A stretch of 64,000 nucleotides of DNA, taken from NCBI GenBank assembly GCA_000091205.1, contig AP006501.2; one strand, written 5' to 3'. The notes under the pieces are model-generated. The model was not told where the DNA came from. It worked only from the letters and a program-made list of their open reading frames with translations, and did not search any database. This document shows, piece after piece, positions 42,001 to 53,941 of this stretch. The stretch comes from Cyanidioschyzon merolae. Taxonomy: Eukaryota. A program made the position numbers and the translations under genes. The stretch's first letter is position 1. Every line of letters begins with the position of its first letter.

Positions 42001-43059
42001 TCACGACCGCGAGTACGCGTGCCCCAGTGCCTGTTTGTACGCGTCATAACCCAGAAAGGCACAAGCTGACGCCTGTCGAACGTTGACGGCCATGGCGACC
42101 AATGCCGAGGCATGATGCACGTTCTTATGCCAGTTTTGTTCGCCACTGCTCCACGCCACGCTGGATGAGGAGCTCCACTCCATGGCGTATGGTGGCCACA
42201 GGAACATGGTTGTATCGCGACTGAACAGGAGGTGCGCGTCCGGTGCCGAGGACATCGTCATCACTTTGCTCACATCAATGCGATCCCCGTCTCCAAACTT
42301 TCGCAAAAGCCCTTCTGCACCGGCACGAGACATGAGATACGCACCTGCACCCCATGTGATGAGGTCGCGATGGCGGATCCAGTAGCGGTCTGTGCAGTTC
42401 AGAGGCAACTCCTCGAGTCGAAGGTCACCTGAGGCGCCATTCTGGAGATGGAACGCATCCAATTTAAGCTCGAGCTGCAGTACGAGACGGTCTGGAGCGC
42501 GGAGGTCCTTGGCGAGAGCCGCTAACGGCTTGTTCCAAAAGGGAAGCAGGTCCAAGGAAGTGTCGTCCTCAAAGACAGCAATTGAGGTGCAACCAGACCG
42601 AACCATCCATTGAAGTGCAAGCAGGTGCGATACAGAGGCAGCAGCAACGTTACTGACGCTCGTGACGTGATCAGGGTTCGAGAAATAGAGCAGGTTTGAG
42701 CGTCGGGCGAAACCCAAGGTTCGCAAACTATCAGCTGTCAAGCCGCGCACGTAACGCACTTTCCACTTTTGGCCTGCACCGAACCACTCAACCACTTTCG
42801 CGAGCCCGGGGTACCTCGGTTTCGAATTGAGGCCTATAATAGCTGTGCAGTGCCCGGGAGTGCCAATAGAGAGCAGACGCGCAACCTGTTTCCGTGCGGT
42901 ATCGCCAGAGGACAGCTGTTCCAAGTCAGGTGTTTGTATACTGCGAACGCTGAGCCACTTCAAGAGACCGATCCCCAACAATCCTAGCAGAGCGAACAAC
43001 AGCACAATCGTTCGTCTCCGGTTATGGAAGCCGTCGCTCACAATCAGACTGGGAACCAT
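42001..43059 (-). CDS. type-II membrane GT25-like glycosyltransferase candidate; paralogue of 14290..15363
   Basis: The ATG is at 43059, followed by the signal-anchor 'IVLLFALLGLLGIGLL'. 'VAAASVSHLLALQWMVRSGCTSIAVFEDDTSL' and several blocks shared with the 14290..15363 protein (about 30% identity by eye) support paralogy. Confidence 0.45.
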   Translation of the reverse strand: MVPSLIVSDGFHNRRRTIVLLFALLGLLGIGLLKWLSVRSIQTPDLEQLSSGDTARKQVARLLSIGTPGHCTAIIGLNSKPRYPGLAKVVEWFGAGQKWKVRYVRGLTADSLRTLGFARRSNLLYFSNPDHVTSVSNVAAASVSHLLALQWMVRSGCTSIAVFEDDTSLDLLPFWNKPLAALAKDLRAPDRLVLQLELKLDAFHLQNGASGDLRLEELPLNCTDRYWIRHRDLITWGAGAYLMSRAGAEGLLRKFGDGDRIDVSKVMTMSSAPDAHLLFSRDTTMFLWPPYAMEWSSSSSVAWSSGEQNWHKNVHHASALVAMAVNVRQASACAFLGYDAYKQALGHAYSRS

Positions 43060-43753
43060 GCCGTACCACTAGTCTAGCACCGCGGGTTCCCGTAGAAAGC
43101 GAAACATGTGTTTTCTATGGGATGCGTTTGGCAAAGGCGCTGCTGCGACAGGGGCGCATTCCCGGAACGCAGCCCTCCAATTTTATACAATAAAGTATCT
43201 ATGCATACAGTTTGGTACGAGGTTCTATCGAATGAGGCGCATCGCTCACCGATACGCGAAGTAGGTACAGAAAAGTACATAGATGTCTAGTATGGATCCG
43301 CAAGCGATGCAGCGGATGGTTGCTTCCGTCCAGCTTCCAGGTATGGGCAAAGATATACACTTACGTGCCAGCCCCTTCTGGCAGTACTCTGCAACCAATT
43401 CTCCATTTCCCATGAAGTCGTATGTTAGCTTTCTAAGCCCTTGTACGTGGACGTGACCATGTAAGTTGTGTACCTGCCAAGACGGTTCAATAATGAGCAG
43501 TTATCGTGGGTAAGCAACAGGTCTGGTTGCTTTGAGCCGTCTACGCTGCCTTTCAGTGGTGGTAATTCGGGTGCTGTCCTGCAGACACCCGGAATAGAAC
43601 GCCTGCTGCTCCGAGTAGCCTTGTCGAAACCTGTTCCTTTCTGGGTCGCAAGACTACGGAGTTTCTTCTTCAATTCGACAAGGGCAATTGAGGTGCAGGC
43701 TCAGAGTGAAGTAGAGCTGGTGTGTGCTGCTTCCTCGCTACTAAAAAAGCACT

Positions 43754-44470
43754 ATGAGGAAGCGTCCGTGTTCGGGTTTCAGCGTCACCGCCGGGCGCCC
43801 CGTTGTGGTGTGGGTGACACCAGACTGTTTCTGCCGAAAGCCCTACCTGCCCTCCGTGGCCCGTAGAAGGATCGACTGCCCTGCTCAACAGAAAGAAAGT
43901 AGCTCGGCTAACGAAAGCGTCGTCACTCCAGACTGGGTCATCGTCCGTGATCGAACAACATGTGTCGCGGAGCGCGCTGAAGTAGTTGAGCAGCTGGGCG
44001 CCCATGGCGCTATTCTCCATGCTGGCCATCAGCTCTGTTTTGAAGAATACTCTACAGGAGTGAGGCGGCTGCACATGCCATGGCGGCTCTTTCGAAAAAG
44101 CATTCACGAACCGGAGATGCGCGCTGCCCTGGCACAGTTTGAGGTTCTCGGTACATCGGTGCACTCGGTCTCGGAAGCGCTTTTTGCCGCAGAGACTGGT
44201 CTGGTCTCGTACCTGCTTGTGGGGACGATGTTCGCAACCGCGTCGCATCCCGAAAAAAGCAGCCCCGAATTCATAGAGGGAATACCTCTCATGCGGGCCG
44301 TATCTCAGGCACTGTCTACGTCATCGCTTCATCTTTATGGCATTGGTGGTATAACCCCGGGAAATATCAATCAAGTTCTCGAAGCGGGTGCACACGGCGT
44401 TGCTACCATTCGGAGCATCGTTCCAGTTCTGGAATATGTGGCGTGCAAGTACGAGAATCATAGTGTGTGA
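43754..44470 (+). CDS. thiE: thiamine-phosphate synthase (ThiE-like)
   Basis: The block 'GTSVHSVSEALFAAETGLVSYLLVGTMFATASHPEKSSPEFIEGIPLMRAVSQAL ... LYGIGGITPGNINQVLEAGAHGVATIRSI' matches ThiE 'G.S.H..eE...A...GADY...GP.FPT.TK ... ipvvAIGGIt..N...v..aGA.GvAvisaI'. The start ATG is at 43754. Confidence 0.65.
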   Translation: MRKRPCSGFSVTAGRPVVVWVTPDCFCRKPYLPSVARRRIDCPAQQKESSSANESVVTPDWVIVRDRTTCVAERAEVVEQLGAHGAILHAGHQLCFEEYSTGVRRLHMPWRLFRKSIHEPEMRAALAQFEVLGTSVHSVSEALFAAETGLVSYLLVGTMFATASHPEKSSPEFIEGIPLMRAVSQALSTSSLHLYGIGGITPGNINQVLEAGAHGVATIRSIVPVLEYVACKYENHSV

Positions 44471-44986
44471 TTGTTTGACGGCTTGCGGTCCTCGTGCGTA
44501 GCCACCATTCGTAAAATCTGCATGAATGCTTCCAAGCCTCTAGGTATGCGTGGATGCAAATAAGCAACGGGAAGGATCGCTTCAGTTGGCGGATCTGGAA
44601 ATATAGCAAGATGCGGAGGGCGCAAGCCAAAACCGCTGAGCGTCGCTCCCTGGAATGACGCCAATGTGGTGCATCGTGCGCCTCCGCCCTCCAATGCACT
44701 CACCGGATAATATAGTGTAGGGGCGTCTTGGCACAAAAATGTACGCAGCCAGAGCAGAAATGGGCCACTTGCTCGTTGAATCTGCAGAACAGCTGCGCCT
44801 CTGGTGAATATTCGGCAAGGAAGAAACTTTTCCTTCCACCGCGGCATACATCTGCTCGACACTACAGGTAGCGTCTTGCTTGTTGTCTTCCAGTAGAGGC
44901 AATACTGATCCAATGGATCCGCTGAGGCCGACAGCATCCAGTGTATGGCACTGAAAAAGCGCGAAAGCGCCGCAATGCGTACCTCT

Positions 44987-45604
44987 TCACGCTGTATCTG
45001 AGCTCGCATCATTTGCGATCCGTCCGTTCTGCGTTCGTGCTAGTAGCTGCACCCTTTGAAAAATGCGTGTGGCACGAGTCATACCGACATGATCCACGAT
45101 TTCAGCGAAGGAAGGGATGCCCGCGCGGCTTCGAGCACCGTCAAGAGCCTTGCGGGCAACTTGAACATACCAGTCCGGCGTTAGCTGCGCAACTCTGGTC
45201 ATTCCCTGAATAGAGGGCGACTGGGAGACCACACCGTATGAGAGCTGTGTTGGTGGGCGCTGCTTGTTACCCAAGCTATTGATCAAGTAATCGAGACGTT
45301 CCCGAATCTCGCGTGGGCTTTGGTTGCTAAGCTCCAACGTGCGTTCGTACCCGTTGCGGTAGCGTCCAATGGCGAGCGGATGCCGTCGTGCTCGCCGCTC
45401 CACGGAAAACTTTACATCTGGATGCTGCCGCGCGTACGAGAATAGCTCGCTAGATAAAAACGACCGGATACCTCCAGAAGAGCCTCCAAAAGTGCAAAAG
45501 AGAATGCGAACCTGTTCTATTCGAAGATGTTGTGCGGCAGGAGATAGCTTGGCACCCGCAGAAGTAACAGCATCAGCCGCTGCCGCACCAGAAGAGAGGC
45601 TCAT
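44987..45604 (-). CDS. mitochondrial ribosomal protein mL43-like (L51/S25/CI-B8 thioredoxin-like domain)
   Basis: 'LRIEQVRILFCTFGGSSGGIRSFLSSEL ... ARQHPDVKFSVERRARRHPLAIGRYRNGYERTLELSNQSPREI' resembles MRPL43 ('L.L.YC.WGGSSRGIREFL ... NP.V...V.RR.G.HPLLRAEYLNGRERVV.V.NMS.EEV'). NDUFA2 (B8) is the alternative. Confidence 0.45.
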   Translation of the reverse strand: MSLSSGAAAADAVTSAGAKLSPAAQHLRIEQVRILFCTFGGSSGGIRSFLSSELFSYARQHPDVKFSVERRARRHPLAIGRYRNGYERTLELSNQSPREIRERLDYLINSLGNKQRPPTQLSYGVVSQSPSIQGMTRVAQLTPDWYVQVARKALDGARSRAGIPSFAEIVDHVGMTRATRIFQRVQLLARTQNGRIANDASSDTA

Positions 45605-46333
45605 CGCCGTGTACCACTGCTCAGGGGCAGCTCAGCACCCTGCTCACACGAGCGCTTGCTACGTTGTGCTTCGTCTAAGAGCTCTGCAATAGAAACAATA
45701 CAAATGCGCGTACGCTCCGCGTTCGCTCGTCCAAACAATCCGCTTCGGCTGAGTTGTTGTGCCCAGAGCGTGGCTGAAAACTCAGTCCCGATGTAGCGCC
45801 CGTGACCCACGACTCGTTCCTCTGCGTACTACCAGAAACGCAGCTCGAGCAACTGCCACACAATCTAGCCAACCTAAAGTCCCAGTTCCTGTTATTGAGG
45901 CGGGATTGTCGCAGCAAAGGCAGCGCTCCTGCTCCCACCGTTTCGCTCCTCGGCGTGTTGTCAGGAAAACTGCTCCAGCGACTGCAGGACCGATCAGTGA
46001 ACCTTCGAGTGCTAGTCCCTGCTTCCGGCACGCACGACAGCTCAATGCAAGTCGGGGAGTGCTTGTGGCACACGCACACCGGGCTCCGCAAAAACTAGAA
46101 GAAAACGGTTGTTTTCGAAGATACTGGCGAAGTTGAAGTTCAGACTTTTCGACAGAGCGTTGCTCGTCGTGGACTGGCGATTTACAGAGCGCATTTTCCG
46201 GAGCATTTCGTTGCCGCGCTTTGCAACAACTACTAAAAGCGACGTGCTTTGAAGCACGCTTGCACTTCGCTCTATGAAAAACATTATTTAGGTGCTTCTC
46301 TTGTTGCTGAATCGCCGTGTGAAATCGAAAACC

Positions 46334-47248
46334 ATGGCGAACTACTTGCACTCTACCCAAAGACGGTATTGGACGTTTGCTTCTGTTGAGGAGCTCGAAA
46401 GGCTTCGAGCAGCAGCTCGTTCCCGCTACGCACACAAGTACCCACAGCGCGAACGGATAGATCCTGAAACAGAAGCCAAGTTCCGTCTAGCGTGTGCTTA
46501 CCGTTTGTACCAGCTGGCACGGGCAGAGCCTGTGTCTTTGCCTAGGTACGTGGCAGCGACGGCTGTTACGCTTTGGAAGCGTTTCTGTTTGTACAACTGT
46601 TTTCTTGAGTGGGATCTCAACGTTTTGCTCCCAACGCTTGTCTACATCGCCGCGAAAGTGGACGAGAACTATCGATCTGCAGCACAAGTATCCCAAGAAC
46701 ATGAGCGACAAATCCTTGCAATGGAACTACCGCTTCTGAGCAGTATTCATTTCCAGGCGGTCTGTCACCATGCGTATCTCATCATTCGAGCGGAATTTCC
46801 AAAATTTAGCGACTGGTCCCGTGTGGACGAGGCGGTGATTCGCACAGATAGCGCTCTGCTCATGTCGCCGGCGTCGTTTGCCCTGGTGATTCTCGGACGA
46901 GAGCTCGGTGGTCGGCATGTTCTCTGGGAAAATAACGAAAAAGAGCGTGAGCGCTGCTTCCACATTTTTGAGAATGCGATGCAAGGTACCGCCGATTTGT
47001 TTGAGTCTAGCGGAGCCGGGTTGGATGCCCCACGGTCGCCAGCTCTCGAAGAGGCATTTCAGAAGCTTTACGAGTGGTACCTTAGAAATCGTGATCCGCT
47101 GCTAGACAAAGACTCAGCCGAGTCACTGCACCGCCAGGAGCAGGAAAATCGACATCTCGAACGGCAGCGAAGGAGGCATATGCGCGCAATGGAGGAGGAG
47201 GAACGAAAACGACGGACCCTGCTCTCATCGGGTGTCGTCGACCCGTGA
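46334..47248 (+). CDS. CCNH: cyclin H (CAK / TFIIH cyclin, Ccl1-like)
   Basis: 'WTFASVEELERLRAAARSRY' matches the cyclin H N-terminal signature '[20 protein letters not shown]'. The cyclin box is 'RYVAATAVTLWKRFCLYNCFLEWDLNVLLPTLVYIAAKVDE'. The ATG 'MANYL' is at 46334. Confidence 0.7.
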   Translation: MANYLHSTQRRYWTFASVEELERLRAAARSRYAHKYPQRERIDPETEAKFRLACAYRLYQLARAEPVSLPRYVAATAVTLWKRFCLYNCFLEWDLNVLLPTLVYIAAKVDENYRSAAQVSQEHERQILAMELPLLSSIHFQAVCHHAYLIIRAEFPKFSDWSRVDEAVIRTDSALLMSPASFALVILGRELGGRHVLWENNEKERERCFHIFENAMQGTADLFESSGAGLDAPRSPALEEAFQKLYEWYLRNRDPLLDKDSAESLHRQEQENRHLERQRRRHMRAMEEEERKRRTLLSSGVVDP

Positions 47249-49054
47249 CACATGCATGCGGCAGCCTTATGTATGGGTTGCTCGGAAAACGCGAGCGCAA
47301 TATATGCTGTGGAAAAGTCCGCTCAGCTGTGAAAGCAACGCAGTAGCGCAGCTGCGCGAGCATCCTGAAGAGGCACTCGAGTGCATAAGATCGAACCCGA
47401 AATTGAACCTGATAGGTCGTTCTTGGAAACAAGCTTCTCTACCCGCGTCGGATTATGAGGCAAAGGAGGACAGCTTGCAATGTTCCCGCTTTTTGATTTT
47501 TTCGAACTTTTGTCGATGTACTCCCTGGAGGTTCGCTCTGCATCAGTTAGGGCCCACGGATCCATACATAGTGCTAGGATGGCCAATCGTCTGTTCGGAG
47601 AGGCTCCTTCGACGCCATGCCGCTGGAATTCGTTACGTCACCGGAATCGAGATAGTTCGCGATGCCTCTCACGGGAGATTCGTAAACTAACCGACAGCAT
47701 TATTCATTTCATAAACAGTAACCTCCACGCGTCTTCGTTCCTTAATTGGGATATGTTGAAATCACACATTCCTCAGGTTTTCGATTTATCTGTTTCCAGA
47801 CAAACTGTGTTCGAAGCGATTTTGCGACCCAGAATCGACAACCAAAAAAATCGTCGGCATACATAAACAACTTGTTCACAAGTTCACGCCAAAAATTCCC
47901 TGAATGTATTAGGTCAAACTATCGATTACAATGTAATGTCAAAACCTCTTTGTTTTCTGCCATGAAAGGAACGGATTCTCCAGCAGGAGGGCAAAGCTGA
48001 TTGAATACGCTCTCCAAGGCTCCCTTGCCTTCTGCTCACGTAGGAAACGGTAACCGACTCGGAGCTGAATTATCGCAGCGATCGCTTGCGGTAGAGAGCG
48101 CGTGAGCGCTTTGCACGAGTGCTCGTAGACGTATCGAAATTTTTCGACGTTATTTCGAGACTTGGATCGCATGAATGTAGTAATTTCACTCTGAACAACA
48201 TTGCGTTCCACAAATTCTCTATCGAATGCAACAAAGTGCGGTTGCGTGTACAGCGGACGGAGTATCCACCATTGGGACATTCCAGAAGTGCCCGAGGATC
48301 TGAAGGTGCGGCACCGGGTGCAGAAACGGAGCAGGGTATCAAAGCGAGTATTTCGTACCGGTCAAGGACGTGAACCGGGCGATGAAGCGAGCGTCTACGC
48401 ACCGAAGTTTTGAGCTCGGAGGAGGCGTTGTTGTGGACGTCTGGGAACAGCTGAGCATCGTCAAGTATCACGGATGCGATGGGCAAACAGAGGTGATCTC
48501 CGACGAGGATCAAATTTGCAAGATTAACGTAAATCACGATACCTGCTTGTACATGAAATGCGCCACTAACATCGGCAAGCTGAATATTCGGCACCAATAT
48601 GCCGCCATCAACATCCTTCGACTGGTGATACCACAGCTGGAGGGTCACGCGTGATCGGCCTATTTAAATCTGGTACGAGAGACAGGGAGAGGGAGCAGTC
48701 GCAGAATATGCCCTCAGAAACTGGTGTCTATCATCCTAGGAAGACACCCAAGCACAAGTGCGCGCGCCCGATACAGTTTAACGGAATCTGTGACATATTA
48801 TTCTGGCATGGATCTAGGTCGACGCTGTGGACAAGCGGGACACGATGCTCGAGTGATGCTATTTACAGGAAATATCAGAAGGTCAGGCGTTGTTACGCTG
48901 ATTTCCTCGAGTCTTCTTTCGGCCGCGATTTGGATGTGACATCAAAAGCGCTCTTCCAGAACGGCCTATAGAGCACTCGCTCACGGAGAACAGCGGTGTA
49001 GAGTCAATAAAAGACGAGCGCCTTGCGTCACTATTCGACACCCTGAATACACAG

Positions 49055-50398
49055 TCAACGAGCCTGCGGCATGCCATCGGATCCCGCCTGGGCCTCTACG
49101 GCGCGATGCACGGTGATCTCGTGACGTGCTAACCATCGTTTCATCTCCTCAAAGGTGACCATCATAATACCAGACGCTGGAATCACCTTCGCCACTCGTG
49201 GCAAGGCACCGCGAAAGAGCCCCGGAACGCCCTCTTCGCGGAGCAGCTGCCGGATTGCCGGCCAGAATCGCATCACGAGAGATGGCTTCTCGCGCGTGTC
49301 CAAATGCGAAGGCGTCTGACCCGTGAGCGCCTTTGCGGATATTCGCACACCTGGCCACGATTGATTTCGAGTCTTGACCACATCGGCCGGATTGGTTACC
49401 ACAGCGGCAACCATGCCGGCAGTGACGCCAGAGAAAAAATGGTAACTACTCCGTGTCGCAGCCGATTGTTCCCAGTTTTCAAGAATAGAGCGCTTCGCTG
49501 CTGAATTCGCGTCCACTGGGGAGGTGGTAGCTTCGTGCATCATCCTGGATCGAGCGACTTTGAGAGACTCATAAACGCCCCAATAGATCGCAGAAAATGG
49601 AGCATCACGCCATAGAGTTGCGGCGAGGCCGGTCCAGAGTGCTCGAACACCGCCTCCTTCACGCAAAGTGCATCGCAGCGTTTCCCAGATCGTGCCTCCA
49701 TTAGCCTGCATGGATGTACGCACCAGTTCAAGAGGCGAAACAGCAGTTGCCACGAGACAGCGCACTGCTGCACCTGTGAAAGGCGCCACGAACAGTGGAT
49801 CCGCAAGCCGACTGTCTGCTGGGCTGTAGCGCAGGATCAGTTGCGTGCCCTGCTCGTACAGCCCAAAATACAGACCAGTCGCAGGCACTATGGTCAAAAT
49901 AGAGGCACTGAGCCCACGCCAAAGACCCGTCACACCAGCAACCCTTACAATGGACGCAATGGTTCCCCAGACTGTGGGTTGCAGCCGCCGCACTGTCGCT
50001 TCCAGCGCGCTCCGTGCCGACACCAGACGCTCGGAAGCACACAAGTCACTGTGTTGCACGCCGACGTCATTTTTACGTAGCAAGTCCCCAACCTGGCTGC
50101 CACCTGGTCCGAGACTTCGCACCGCTGCTTGAAGTGGCGAGATCGTCGCAGCTTCGCCAACTGGGCCGGGTTCATTTGCCATAGCCGCCCAGGAGCTGGA
50201 GTATTTGCCACACCTGGGGCACACGCTGCCGCTCGGTTCACGAAAGCTCAGGCGATTCTTGTAAGCCTCGACATTTTGGTTCTGCATCGCCACCTTCACA
50301 ACGTCGATGGGGTTCAGAACAACTGCCGTAACCAAAGCGCCGGTAGAAGCAGCAACAACGGATTGCCAGAGCGGCAGCTGAGTCTCCCGCTTCTCCAT
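49055..50398 (-). CDS. SLC25A39: mitochondrial carrier protein, SLC25A39/40 (Mtm1)-like with Cys-containing matrix loop
   Basis: Three PX[DE]XX[KR] motifs are present: 'PIDVVKVAMQ', 'PLELVRTSMQ' and 'PADVVKTRNQ'. 'LWRGLSASILTIVPATGLYFGLYE' and 'LWTGLAATLWRDAPFSAIYWGVYE' resemble SLC25A39. A long insert after helix 1 contains 'CPRCGKYS'. The track start is GTG; the ATG is at 50396-50398. Confidence 0.8.
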   Translation of the reverse strand: MEKRETQLPLWQSVVAASTGALVTAVVLNPIDVVKVAMQNQNVEAYKNRLSFREPSGSVCPRCGKYSSSWAAMANEPGPVGEAATISPLQAAVRSLGPGGSQVGDLLRKNDVGVQHSDLCASERLVSARSALEATVRRLQPTVWGTIASIVRVAGVTGLWRGLSASILTIVPATGLYFGLYEQGTQLILRYSPADSRLADPLFVAPFTGAAVRCLVATAVSPLELVRTSMQANGGTIWETLRCTLREGGGVRALWTGLAATLWRDAPFSAIYWGVYESLKVARSRMMHEATTSPVDANSAAKRSILENWEQSAATRSSYHFFSGVTAGMVAAVVTNPADVVKTRNQSWPGVRISAKALTGQTPSHLDTREKPSLVMRFWPAIRQLLREEGVPGLFRGALPRVAKVIPASGIMMVTFEEMKRWLARHEITVHRAVEAQAGSDGMPQAR

Positions 50399-50910
50399 CA
50401 CGCCACTGTTGAACCGAACAGCCAGAACTCATTCGGTTGCTGCGATTTTCTCCCAAACACACACCTTGACGCTCGTATATCGCTCGTAAGTTGTTCGTAA
50501 AGTGCTCAGTAAGGCTTGTACCAACGGTTTCGCTCCAACATCAACAGCAGCGGCAACAGTTGCGTTTCCAAAGCCTTTCCAGTCTCGGGCGACAACGCGA
50601 TATAGGTCGCTGCTGTGGGCGTGATCGCCGCTCCTCGTTTCGTCCACGCACACCTAGACAGACGTTCTGTCTCGCCTTGCGCACTTGGAGCAGCACACAC
50701 AGCGTCGTTGTGCTTTGAGGTGCTGAGCTGGGTACCTTCTGATCCTTCACGTCCGATCAGGTGAGGCGGGGGTTTTCGAAGAGTCAATTATTGAGTGGAC
50801 GGAGAACGCTGTGCGGCACTGACTTCGTCGAGTGCGTCGCTGACGGACGTGCTACGTGTTGCTCGAAGCGCCTCTGTGCTCGTTCGCCTCAGGACGAGTA
50901 ATCCACCACC

Positions 50911-52302
50911 ATGAGCGTATCTTGTGGACGGCGGATCTTTTCAGACATTGTGCGTCAAGTACGCACGTTTGCTACCGTGGGCGTAGACGCTCGCTCGCTT
51001 GCAGGTACACGCAACGCCACGGTCTGGCGATCGTACCGCACGACGACGTTGCAGTACCCGCGGCTTTGGGAACTGCGCGCTTCGCGCTTCCTCTCAGGTG
51101 AGGCGGTGGAGGCGAGTGCAAGCAAACGCAAGCCCCATCTGAATGTTGGCGGTATGGGTCACGTTGACCATGGGAAAACTACGCTCGCGGCAGCGATTAC
51201 GAAAGTGCTCGCCGAGACTGGTGGAGCCCGGTACACTGCTTACGAAGAGATTGACAAGGCACCGGAGGAGCGCGCCCGCGGGATCACGATCAACGCTTCG
51301 CATCTCAAATACGAGACTCCATCACGTTCGTATGCACATGTCGATTGCCCTGGGCATCGAGACTTTGTGAAGAACTTTATCACGGGTGCGGCACAGGTCG
51401 ACACCGCGATTCTCGTGGTCAGCGGCCCGGACGGCCCGCAGCCGCAGACTCAAGAGCACGTACTGCTATCGAAGCAGGTAGGTGTTCCGAACTTTGTTGT
51501 ATACCTGAACAAATGTGATATGGTCGACGATCCGGAACTTTTGGACTTGGTCGAATTAGAGGTGCGTGAACTACTCAGCAAGTACGAATACGATGGCGAC
51601 AACGTGCCGATCGTGCGGGGCTCTGCCCTGAAGGCATTGCAGGGCGATCAGAGCGAGCTTGGCTGTGGGTCCATCCACAAGCTCCTGGAGATTCTCGACA
51701 AGGTCCCAATACCCAAAAGAGACCTTGAAAAACCGTTCCTGATGCCCATTGAAGATAGCTTTAGCATTACTGGCCGAGGAACGGTGGTTACGGGACGCGT
51801 GGAGACCGGTATCCTACGCCCTGGTGATGAAATCGAAATCGTCGGACTTCGTCCTCCCGAGGTAGCACCAATGCGCACGATCGTCACCGGTATCGAGACT
51901 TTCAAGCAGTCGCTTCCTTACGCAGAGGCTGGCGAGAATGTTGGCTGTCTGCTTCGCGGGGTCAAGCGCGAAGACGTGTTGCGCGGTCAGGTTCTAGCGA
52001 AACCGGGAACCTCCAGAGCGCACCGCAAGTTCGAGGCTGACGTTTACATTCTTACTCAGGAGGAAGGCGGCCGCCATACACCATTCTTCAGCAACTATCG
52101 TCCTCAATTCTTCGTGCGGACTGCAGATGTCACAGGACGCTTCCTTCTGCCGCCAGAAGTGGAGATGTGCATGCCAGGAGATCGCGTACGATGCGCTGTT
52201 GAGCTCATCTATCCGGTCGCGCTGCAGGAAGGCTTACGTTTCGCTGTTCGTGAGGGCGGCAGGACCGTCGGTGCTGGGTTGGTTACGAAAGTCATCGAGT
52301 AA
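50911..52302 (+). CDS. TUFM: elongation factor Tu, organellar (mitochondrial-type) with N-terminal presequence
   Basis: '[10 protein letters not shown]', 'DCPGHRDF', 'NKCD' and 'SAL' are all present, and EF-Tu domains II and III are complete. A ~55-aa Arg-rich presequence precedes them. Confidence 0.95.
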   Translation: MSVSCGRRIFSDIVRQVRTFATVGVDARSLAGTRNATVWRSYRTTTLQYPRLWELRASRFLSGEAVEASASKRKPHLNVGGMGHVDHGKTTLAAAITKVLAETGGARYTAYEEIDKAPEERARGITINASHLKYETPSRSYAHVDCPGHRDFVKNFITGAAQVDTAILVVSGPDGPQPQTQEHVLLSKQVGVPNFVVYLNKCDMVDDPELLDLVELEVRELLSKYEYDGDNVPIVRGSALKALQGDQSELGCGSIHKLLEILDKVPIPKRDLEKPFLMPIEDSFSITGRGTVVTGRVETGILRPGDEIEIVGLRPPEVAPMRTIVTGIETFKQSLPYAEAGENVGCLLRGVKREDVLRGQVLAKPGTSRAHRKFEADVYILTQEEGGRHTPFFSNYRPQFFVRTADVTGRFLLPPEVEMCMPGDRVRCAVELIYPVALQEGLRFAVREGGRTVGAGLVTKVIE

Positions 52303-53206
52303 ACTGCTGTGGATTTCTGCTGACGAGCATGCTACGAGTGCGAGTATTTCGTCTTGTCTGAACAGATACGAGGCCACGTGCTTTCGCTTCCACGCCGGGC
52401 GAGAGTCATTTGCCCAGGGTCTTGCAGTTGTTGGTGACGGGCTTTGGCTCTGTCACTGAAAATAGGACGTTTCACGTGGATATTAGGGACCGAAACGCTT
52501 CGTGCACTGCAATGAATGCATCGTGGGAATCTCTGCTGTGTACTCTGCGAACAGAATATTGCCTGCACGACACCGCGCAGCACCAGTACGCACAACCGTG
52601 TGGCGACGGTGTGTAGAGTCGGGTTCAGACGTCGATAGCTGTTCCGCTCGAAGGCCTAGAGCCCAAATCGATGCCGTGTATGTTCGGCAAGTTGCGTCGC
52701 GAATCACTTCGAACGATCTCCGGCATCATTCCTCGGAACACCAGACTGGTGTTCTAACGCTAGAGCAGTCCCATTACTGCGTCTGTGTTCGGATCCTAAA
52801 ACAATTCCTGCAATCCTGATGGACATAGGTTTTGCCTGCGGCAGTCGGAGGACTCGAGTCGACGTTCTTCCTCCGACAAGCTGCACCGCAATGCTGTCTC
52901 CATCATATGCTGAGTCTTGTCGACCAGAAGAGGCACTCTGGGTGCTTGGACTTAAGGGTAGCTAGCGACTTTGTATCCGTGCAAATCAAGCACAAGAAGA
53001 ATCAACAAGGTCATTTAAAAGAGCTTCGTCAGCAGAGCCGTCGTCGAAGGGGGATATTCTCTCGCCAGGCGACGCCTATTCCCGCGCCACATGCCAGGGT
53101 ACCGTTTATGCCAATGAAGCTCTCTCGATGTTGGCGCTCAGAACAAGACCGGTTTCAGAAGCTTCTTCCGAGAAGTTGAAGGGCACCCCGCTCCTTCTGC
53201 ACGTCT

Positions 53207-53719
53207 TCACGACTCTTCCAACGTCTGGCGAACAAGGCTTCGAACCCGCCGTCGGTACGCATCGGGTTGTTCGCGCCACTCCTTAGCAGCATCTATATTC
53301 GCGGGTGATTCGTCATTCGGGGACGCGAGCATGCTGATCACAGATAGTAGAATCGACTCAACAGTATGAACAGGTGACCAACGTTCGCCGGCCATTTCAT
53401 ACCCGTGTGGGTCGTCACCCGGAGGATGCAGAATGCTGATGCAAACTTCGCCGTTTCGGTAAACGTTCGGATGCCAGGGTATTGGCGGCAAAAACCTCAT
53501 TCTTGGCGGCAACATAGGGTACTCCGGTGGAAACGTAAGCTCCGCTCGAAACAGGCCCCCCTCGAAGGGCGTGTCTGGAGGGCCCAGCACCGTAACAGCC
53601 CAACGGAAGGGATCGTCCTCCGAAACGAGTCCCGCGCTGAAACCGTCCACGGAGCTCTTATTCAAGTCCCGAAGTTGACGGGTGAGAAGCAGCGCCGCAC
53701 GCGAAGAGTTCGCGCTCAT
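53207..53719 (-). CDS. UBC7: ubiquitin-conjugating enzyme E2, Ubc7/UBE2G-like (acidic-loop insertion)
   Basis: 'HPNVYRNGEVCISILHPPGDDPHGYEMAGERWSPVHTVESILLSVISMLASPNDESPAN' carries the HPN, the catalytic Cys and the UBE2G-type loop. The track ORF extends to 53854 through a dispersed repeat; the ATG 'MSANSS' is at 53717-53719. Confidence 0.85.
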   Translation of the reverse strand: MSANSSRAALLLTRQLRDLNKSSVDGFSAGLVSEDDPFRWAVTVLGPPDTPFEGGLFRAELTFPPEYPMLPPRMRFLPPIPWHPNVYRNGEVCISILHPPGDDPHGYEMAGERWSPVHTVESILLSVISMLASPNDESPANIDAAKEWREQPDAYRRRVRSLVRQTLEES

Positions 53720-53743
53720 TGTCTCCGCTGCTAGCGAACGCCT

Positions 53744-53832
53744 TTCAAAAAAAAGGTTGCTCCCGGCAGTGTACAGTAGCGGCGAGTGACCCGCCCTAGA
53801 CGAGACGTCTCCAACTGAGGTGCAGACGCCTG
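53744..53832. repeat. left copy of a ~90-bp direct repeat (partner at 57289-57381)
   Basis: The core 'gtRcaSgtagYggcgagtgacccgccctaRacRWgacgtctccaactgaSgtgcagacgcY' is shared with 57321-57381. Upstream there is additional similarity after an A-rich tract. Overall identity is about 85%. Confidence 0.7.
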
Positions 53833-53941
53833 TCGGGCTTTCTCGACCGGCCACTTACTACTCTTTTCCATTCTTGTCTCATATAATTCCACTTTGAGCG
53901 ATTGTCCAACGAAGTTCTCTCGTGTCTAAGCTGTAGGTCTA

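Noticed and set aside
43468-43866. Upstream ORF in a different frame that might hold a ThiE N-terminus, implying a frameshift in thiE.
   Set aside because: The similarity of this segment to the ThiE N-terminus is weak. The ORF starting at the verified ATG 43754 is a normal-length ThiE with a plausible N-terminal 'VVVWVTPD' block, so a frameshift is not required.
48070-48654. Overlapping opposite-strand ORFs (192 aa minus, 94 aa plus) between the cyclin H and carrier genes.
   Set aside because: Neither has recognisable motifs, so I cannot decide which strand, if either, is coding.
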